NCBI GenBank assembly: GCA_965223665.1
Contig: OZ245011.1
Coordinates: 4,180,044 to 4,244,043 of the forward strand
Source: Nitrospinaceae bacterium
Lineage (GTDB): Bacteria > Nitrospinota > Nitrospinia > Nitrospinales > Nitrospinaceae
DNA length: 64,000 bases
Direction: 5' to 3'
The notes under the pieces were generated by a model. That model did no database searches. It was not told the DNA's origin and saw only the letters and a list, made by a program, of their open reading frames with translations. The position numbers were made by a program, and so were the translations under genes. Shown here piece after piece: positions 58,256 through 64,000 of the stretch (positions are counted from its first letter, which is position 1; each line of letters opens with the position of its first letter).

Positions 58256-60010
58256 TTATTGACCAGGTATTTCTTGAAGAGTACCATCCGCATAAATTCC
58301 CAAAAGTTTTTTAGGTTTTAACTCTTGGGCTACTTCAATAACGTTTTTGTATCCTGCTAAATGGCGATTAGCCATAGGAACTATTACCGTATCATATTTC
58401 TGAGTTTGTAATGATTTTAAAAAAGGGTTGGATAGAGAGCTTTTTGAGAAGAAACCTTTTCCATATGAAAACACATTTTTTATATTAGGATTGTTTTTCA
58501 TTTCGTTTATTGTTACATCTTGTCCCAAAATATCTGCCCTAATTTCCCTTTTTAGGTGAAGTCCCTCTAAAAGTACTTCAATCATCCATTGACGAACACT
58601 TCGGGTTATTAACGTTTTTGATCCTTTAGGTATTTCTTTAAGAGTTTCAGACATTGCCGACAATAAACGGTCTTCACTGGCAATTTGTTTGCCACGATCA
58701 AAGGCGCTGAGAGCTTTTTGAAACATGGCTTCAATACGCTTGGCTCTATAATGAGGATATTCAACCACTACATGTCCATTACCGTCAAATGCAGACCAAT
58801 CTCCAATTGGCTGAAGCATGGATTCTTTTAATGCATCCTGGTAAAAATCTGTTCCTGGTTGAGGGGTATTGACAGATACCTGGACTTCATCCATTAGTCC
58901 TTTACTTGTAAGCTCGTGTATTAGGTCTACAGTTTTCTGATCTTCTCTTTCTGAAGAACCCCAACCTCCTATGCTAAATGTACCATAAAACATGAGCCCA
59001 ATACTTTTCCCGTATTCGAGCATGGATCGAAGTTTAGAAAGGTTATGCTTTTTGCCTAATGTCATTGTTTCTGCAACTTTATTACTTCCTGTTTCAACAC
59101 CCACACGAATTTTGTAATAACCGGCCTTTTTCATTTCCTTCATAGCCTGTGGCTCCAGAGAAGCATATTCACACATTGCCTCATATTTTAAATGATCCAG
59201 ACCTTCCGAACGAATAGCCTGAGCCAAGGAAATGTTAAACCTGGTTTGGATGTTGTGAACTTCTTCGTCAAAAAAAACACCTTCCATCTCGGGGTATTTA
59301 TTTTTTAAATAAGAAATTTCTTGAACTATATTTTTTATATCTCTAGGACGCCAATTTAACTCATTATAATAGAGAGTTGCAGCTGCACAAAAGTTACAAC
59401 GGCGAGGGCATCCACGTGAAGCATACATTTGAATTTGACGATAAATACAGTTTGGTTCATGATAATCCATGCGGCTAACATCATCATCTTCAGGAAAAGG
59501 AAGAGCGTTTATATCAATTAAATCTCCGCGTGGATTTGGGTGAACACCCATTAAATTTATGGGATTCTTTCCTTGTACCAAATCTAAAACTGAAAACTCA
59601 TATTCGCCAATACAAACATAGTCTACTTGTTGTTGAACTTCCTCAGGAACAGCCATAGGATGCTGTCCTGCGAATATTAATTTTGTTCCAAATGCTTTTT
59701 TCACTGCTTGTGCGAGCCGCAAATCCTCCTCATAAGTGCGACTAGAACTTTCCATTATTAGCCAATCAGGTTGCTCTTTGCATATTTCGGCAAAATATGT
59801 TTCGAAATTCCAGCTATTTAATATTCCGTCTAAAAATTTAACATGATGGGAGGTTTCCCTCTTAAGTAAACTGGAGGTGTAGGCCAATTGCCAGGGATAG
59901 TAACCACAATTTGTAAAGTTTTTAACACCTAGAGACCATCTGGAAGGAACATGGACCATATGGTATCCATTTTTATCAATTCCAACCGAGTTTGCGATTA
60001 CAATGTTCAT
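58256..60010 (-). CDS. B12-binding-domain radical SAM protein with an extra C-terminal domain
   Basis: N-terminal cobalamin-binding-like region (AGQHP, DYVCIGEYE), ASRGCPRRCNFC, GVETGS, TPQPGT. Confidence 0.85.
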   Translation of the reverse strand: MNIVIANSVGIDKNGYHMVHVPSRWSLGVKNFTNCGYYPWQLAYTSSLLKRETSHHVKFLDGILNSWNFETYFAEICKEQPDWLIMESSSRTYEEDLRLAQAVKKAFGTKLIFAGQHPMAVPEEVQQQVDYVCIGEYEFSVLDLVQGKNPINLMGVHPNPRGDLIDINALPFPEDDDVSRMDYHEPNCIYRQIQMYASRGCPRRCNFCAAATLYYNELNWRPRDIKNIVQEISYLKNKYPEMEGVFFDEEVHNIQTRFNISLAQAIRSEGLDHLKYEAMCEYASLEPQAMKEMKKAGYYKIRVGVETGSNKVAETMTLGKKHNLSKLRSMLEYGKSIGLMFYGTFSIGGWGSSEREDQKTVDLIHELTSKGLMDEVQVSVNTPQPGTDFYQDALKESMLQPIGDWSAFDGNGHVVVEYPHYRAKRIEAMFQKALSAFDRGKQIASEDRLLSAMSETLKEIPKGSKTLITRSVRQWMIEVLLEGLHLKREIRADILGQDVTINEMKNNPNIKNVFSYGKGFFSKSSLSNPFLKSLQTQKYDTVIVPMANRHLAGYKNVIEVAQELKPKKLLGIYADGTLQEIPGQ

Positions 60011-60316
60011 AAGAAAACTTCCTTATGGCTTTGTTGAAAAGTTGAAAAACATTTTATGAGGAAAAAGTATGAAACCCTTGAAATTTAAGCATTTGCCTAT
60101 TCAAGGTGCTTGTTTTCAATAAGTTTGAACAAAAGAATCCTATGAATCTAGCGGCAATTTTTATTAAAAACTTTAATTGATTGAACCAGTAGAAAAGAAA
60201 TGTGAGTGATTAAAAATAGATTTTTCAGTGACCCTTGACTTTATAATAGTGTACTGTAAATATGTGAAATTCAAAACAATATGAATTAATTTTTAAAATT
60301 TTACCTTAAAAAACCT

Positions 60317-61282
60317 ATGAATGAATCGTTAAATCAAGAAACAGAAACTGAAGAAAAATCTGGTTTTTTTTCACGATTGAAAAAAGGTCTTAGTAAAACT
60401 CGTGAAACACTTGCTGGTGGGTTGGATAACTTAGTCCATGGAAAAGCTAAGGTTGGGCCTGAATTAATGGATGAAATTGAAGAATCCTTATTGTTGGCGG
60501 ACACCGGAATAGCTGCTACTCAAAAGATTATGGATGCACTTAACCAGGAAGTTGCCCAAAATCACCTGCGAACACAAGAAGAAGTGTTGGCCCATCTAAA
60601 AAAACTCATGATAGGTATTTTAGGGGAAAATCAGGATGAATGGGATTTATCGAAAAAATCCCCTTTTGTAGTTTTGGTGGTGGGGGTTAATGGGTCTGGA
60701 AAAACTACAACTATTGGAAAGCTATCTCAAAAGTGGAATCGGCAAGGCCGTAAGGTAATGTTGGCCGCTGGAGATACTTTTCGGGCTGCAGCTATTGAGC
60801 AATTACAGACTTGGGCCGATCGGGTTGGAATTCCTTGTATTAAACAGAAAAGTGGTGCTGACCCATCTGCGGTTGCTTTTGATGGGGTTCAAGCTGCAGT
60901 GGCAAGAAATATGGATATAGTTTTTGTCGATACGGCAGGAAGACTCCAAACTAACCAAAATTTAATGGAAGAGTTAAAAAAAGTTAAGCGGGTAATTAGT
61001 AAAGTTATTCCCGATGCACCCCATGAAACTTTGTTGGTCTTGGATGCGAGTATAGGGCAGAACAGCCTTTCACAAGCAAAATTGTTTCACGAAGCATTAG
61101 ATTTAGATGGATTGGTTATGACTAAATTAGATGGTTCTGGAAAAGGGGGAATTTTGCTCAATATTAGCCAGGAATTAGAACTTCCTATTAGATATATTGG
61201 AGTGGGAGAAAAAATTGATGATTTGCAAAACTTTAATGCCCAAACTTTTGTAGAAGCGCTTTTTGAAAAGCAAGAAGACTAA
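60317..61282 (+). CDS. ftsY: Signal recognition particle receptor FtsY
   Basis: FFSRLKKGLSKTR, GVNGSGKTTTIGKL, DTFRAAAIEQL, DTAGRLQ, TKLDGSGKGG. Confidence 0.97.
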   Translation: MNESLNQETETEEKSGFFSRLKKGLSKTRETLAGGLDNLVHGKAKVGPELMDEIEESLLLADTGIAATQKIMDALNQEVAQNHLRTQEEVLAHLKKLMIGILGENQDEWDLSKKSPFVVLVVGVNGSGKTTTIGKLSQKWNRQGRKVMLAAGDTFRAAAIEQLQTWADRVGIPCIKQKSGADPSAVAFDGVQAAVARNMDIVFVDTAGRLQTNQNLMEELKKVKRVISKVIPDAPHETLLVLDASIGQNSLSQAKLFHEALDLDGLVMTKLDGSGKGGILLNISQELELPIRYIGVGEKIDDLQNFNAQTFVEALFEKQED

Positions 61283-61284
61283 GT

Positions 61285-61782
61285 TTAATGGGAGCCTTCA
61301 TTGTCACCGCGAATCCATTCAAGTTGTTTTTGAAAAATATATTTATGAATGATTTCTCGGTTTTCATCGGAAAAATTTTCAGTGAATTGAAACCGATATA
61401 CAGTAGAATTCAATGATCCAATCACCATTTGAGAAATAAATTTTCCCTCGACGGTGAATTCATATTTTTGATCCAAATCTAATTGGAAGTCCACGTGGAC
61501 TAAATCACCAAATTTAATTTTTAAAGGGTAGGGGGAAGCGCACGAAAATCCGCCTGCACTAAGATCATTTAAAGTGGTTTTAAGCGTACTGTTGTCAGAG
61601 AAAATTATTTTAGCGATGATTAAACAATTTTTCCTTAAAAACAGTCGGTAAGCATCTCTTCTTTCCTTGGGGTCACTCAATAATGATTCCTTTTCATTTT
61701 TAGGTAGAATTTTCTTGAGTAACTGCTCAAGTCTTGAAGTTTTTTGCTGGCCTTCTTTTGAAAGATTTTGAGTTTCAATCAT
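61285..61782 (-). CDS. PilZ-domain (c-di-GMP-binding) protein
   Basis: ERRDAYR (RxxxR) and DLSAGG (DxSxxG) motifs. Confidence 0.88.
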   Translation of the reverse strand: MIETQNLSKEGQQKTSRLEQLLKKILPKNEKESLLSDPKERRDAYRLFLRKNCLIIAKIIFSDNSTLKTTLNDLSAGGFSCASPYPLKIKFGDLVHVDFQLDLDQKYEFTVEGKFISQMVIGSLNSTVYRFQFTENFSDENREIIHKYIFQKQLEWIRGDNEGSH

Positions 61783-61863
61783 ATATAGTACCTATAAATT
61801 ATTATAAGGGTTAATTTTTATTTTCGGTGTTTTTTTAATAAAACTTTATGTTGCTAATTTATT

Positions 61864-61879
61864 AGCAAAACTGATGCCA
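61864..61879 (-). promoter_or_regulatory. Sigma-54 (-24/-12) promoter upstream of the PilZ gene
   Basis: Minus strand TGGCATCAGTTTTGCT fits TGGCAC-N5-TTGCW with correct GG/GC spacing, about 80 bp before the start codon. Confidence 0.7.
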
Positions 61880-62012
61880 TTGAAATTGTTAAATATGGTT
61901 CTAAAAAACCTTTGAAATCTTTGTTGTTGTTTTTTTATTTCGGGTCAATTCATTAATTAGGGGGAAAAAATTTCCTCCACTGTATAGAAATTTTATATTT
62001 TGGAAGAAACTT

Positions 62013-63935
62013 TTAATAGAAAAGGTTTACTGCTAATATGGCTTCGTCTTTCTTGTCGATTCGATTGTAAGATACGCGAATATCAAAGTTTTTTGAAATT
62101 GCGTATCGTTGCTCAATGGAAAACTTAAAAAATTCTGAGTCGTCCCCTCCATAACGCTTATATTCTCCAGTAAGTTGAATCCTCCAATTTTCATTTATAT
62201 CAATTAAAGCTCCAGTTAGAGGGCCACCTCCTAAACGGAAATTATTCTTAAAATGACCAGATGTTTCCCCTTCTACTTCGAGAAGAAAGAAAATTGCAAT
62301 GGGTGAGTAAAATTTTTGCTTGAAGGTTAAACCTATACTGGCACCTCCTTTAAAGGAAGTGCAAAAGTCACAATCAAAATCTCGGACGGTATCAAATCCA
62401 AGATTTAAGCGCCAAGAAGGTTTTTTGAAAATTGGATCGAATGGACTAAGAGAAACTATATCTAAAATTTTAAACCGATCTACTCTAAATTTTTGTAATT
62501 CGGAGTAATACCTCAGGTTGAAATCAAAAAATAAAAACTGAGAATCTTTGTTATAACCATTATCTTTGGCCAAGAGGTCATGTAGTGTTGGATAGTAACC
62601 AATTTCTTGAAAAAATTCGTCATCAAAAATGCCGACTCCCAAATGTGCTCGGTCGGAGCCGTGGGTGGTATCAGGTGGTAACGAATACTTGGTGACTTCA
62701 TTTTCTATTCTCTGGAATTTCAATTTACTTCGTTCCAAGAGTATAGAATGTGGAATTCGAAAAGGCTTGCTTGGGTCTTCTTCTTCAATTTGCATGGCTT
62801 TATATTGAAGAACGTCTAAATATGAATCTAATACGAGAGCTTTTTGAGGGGTAGTAAGGGATTGATAGCCTTTCGATTTATATGCGTCTTGTTTTTTAAC
62901 CATTTGATATAAAATGGTTTTTTCCTTCCCTGACATTTTTTCCACTTTATTTCTCAATTGACTCAATATTGCAGGTCGATAGGAGAGTTTGGAAAGAGTT
63001 CCTTCGTGTTTCTTTAAAACCTTGATGGTATCTGCTGGTAATACGGAAAATAAAAATGGATCCGTTAAATGAAGGTCAGGGTTTGCCACTTCTAAAACTG
63101 AGAGAATATGGTAAGAACAGTTTTCTTGCAGATAATAATAGTCGAAATAAGTTCCCCCTAATTCCCAAAGATGAAAGACTAAATACTGAATTTGTTCCTG
63201 GGTAAAGTTAAGTTCATATTCCCACAAGTCTCGGCTTTCCCAATTGCTATATTCCTGAACCTTTACGTAAAATGGAAAAACAGAAAAGCGACCCTGAAAA
63301 GCACCGATCAAGCCTTTTAGCGCATATAGGACAGCATTTGTAGTGTCTGGATTGGCCGCATAATTTACTCCATAATTAAGCAACTTTTTTTTGGATCCCT
63401 TTTCCTTATTATCTAATCTTAAAAATGTATGTCCAAACATTGAAGCAGGGTTATTCATATAATATGAAGCAAAAATAAGAGTTACTTTATTAGGATCCAA
63501 TTGATTGACCCAGAGATCGAGTCGGCTGCAGTTGGGATTAGGTAGGAAATCTTTGCTGATAGAAAGCTCTTTTTTTAACCATTTCAACCGGGCTGGAAAT
63601 TTGCATTGAGGATGCTCCTGATTCTTTGGTAATGAATCAAGAGGCATAAAAAAGCTTTCAACTGTAGCTATCAATTCTGCTTTTGGGTCTTTTCTGCCGT
63701 TTGGTGAATTAAAAAAAGACAACCCATCGGCTTCACTTGTGATACCGCCAAGAAATCCCTTTTTATAATGTAAAAGTAAATGCCAATATCGTTGCTCATA
63801 GGTTTTTTTTTCAAGAGCAACTTGAATGATTTTACTTAAATAAGAATTTTGTGGAGACTTTTCAGCAAAACCAGGGGCAGAAAGCATGAGAATGAAAAAA
63901 AATATAATAATTTTGGGAAAGAAATTTGAAAGCAA
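62013..63935 (-). CDS. DUF4105 (Lnb-like N-terminal domain) protein with C-terminal beta-barrel-like region
   Basis: W..LLHY, QCKFPAR..WL, NNPASMFGHTFLR, Y...ESRDLWEYELN, YYYLQENCSY. Confidence 0.85.
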   Translation of the reverse strand: MLSNFFPKIIIFFFILMLSAPGFAEKSPQNSYLSKIIQVALEKKTYEQRYWHLLLHYKKGFLGGITSEADGLSFFNSPNGRKDPKAELIATVESFFMPLDSLPKNQEHPQCKFPARLKWLKKELSISKDFLPNPNCSRLDLWVNQLDPNKVTLIFASYYMNNPASMFGHTFLRLDNKEKGSKKKLLNYGVNYAANPDTTNAVLYALKGLIGAFQGRFSVFPFYVKVQEYSNWESRDLWEYELNFTQEQIQYLVFHLWELGGTYFDYYYLQENCSYHILSVLEVANPDLHLTDPFLFSVLPADTIKVLKKHEGTLSKLSYRPAILSQLRNKVEKMSGKEKTILYQMVKKQDAYKSKGYQSLTTPQKALVLDSYLDVLQYKAMQIEEEDPSKPFRIPHSILLERSKLKFQRIENEVTKYSLPPDTTHGSDRAHLGVGIFDDEFFQEIGYYPTLHDLLAKDNGYNKDSQFLFFDFNLRYYSELQKFRVDRFKILDIVSLSPFDPIFKKPSWRLNLGFDTVRDFDCDFCTSFKGGASIGLTFKQKFYSPIAIFFLLEVEGETSGHFKNNFRLGGGPLTGALIDINENWRIQLTGEYKRYGGDDSEFFKFSIEQRYAISKNFDIRVSYNRIDKKDEAILAVNLFY

Positions 63936-63949
63936 GGTAGGCCAAAAGA

Positions 63950-64000
63950 GAAATAAAGAAAAAGGATATTAAAGCACTCTGAGGTACTTTAATATCCTTT
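63950..64000 (-). terminator. Intrinsic terminator of an upstream gene outside the window
   Basis: Perfect 14-bp inverted repeat aaaggatattaaag/ctttaatatccttt at 63961-64000 with a T-rich tail on the minus strand. Confidence 0.65.

Noticed and set aside
1-64000. tRNA, rRNA, CRISPR arrays, integrases or transposases
   Set aside because: None recognised by eye; a tRNAscan/Infernal run would be needed to exclude small RNAs fully

Overview
Low-GC, gene-dense bacterial chromosomal window. The gene mix (several pentapeptide-repeat proteins, TPR and FG-GAP lipoproteins, BicA-like SulP, sigma-54 regulators) suggests a Gram-negative organism such as a Nitrospinota member; this is inference only. From left to right it holds: the end of a surface-polysaccharide locus (asnB-like amidotransferase, sugar transferase, HpcH-like lyase, MurJ, CapD/PglF-like dehydratase); transport and repair genes; a three-gene two-component/sigma-54 cascade facing a porin-SulP-HAMP-CBS block; a double beta-propeller plus Ycf46-like AAA ATPase; tdh-kbl; a KamA-family radical SAM; a TpsB/TpsA two-partner secretion pair; an IF3-N-domain fusion protein; and assorted genes ending in ftsY, PilZ and DUF4105. 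The best candidate for an undescribed system is a tightly coupled six-gene minus-strand operon at 43259-51216. It encodes an exosortase-family protein with Ser in place of the catalytic Cys (Arg and His retained), a tiny adjacent target-like protein with a VPIEY-TM-basic tail, an EpsI domain fused to a six-hairpin glycosidase-like domain, a TPR/outer-membrane barrel protein, a carbohydrate-binding/TIM-barrel protein and a secreted beta protein. I found no rRNA, tRNA, CRISPR array or intact transposase. All family assignments come from motif recognition by eye, not from database searches.
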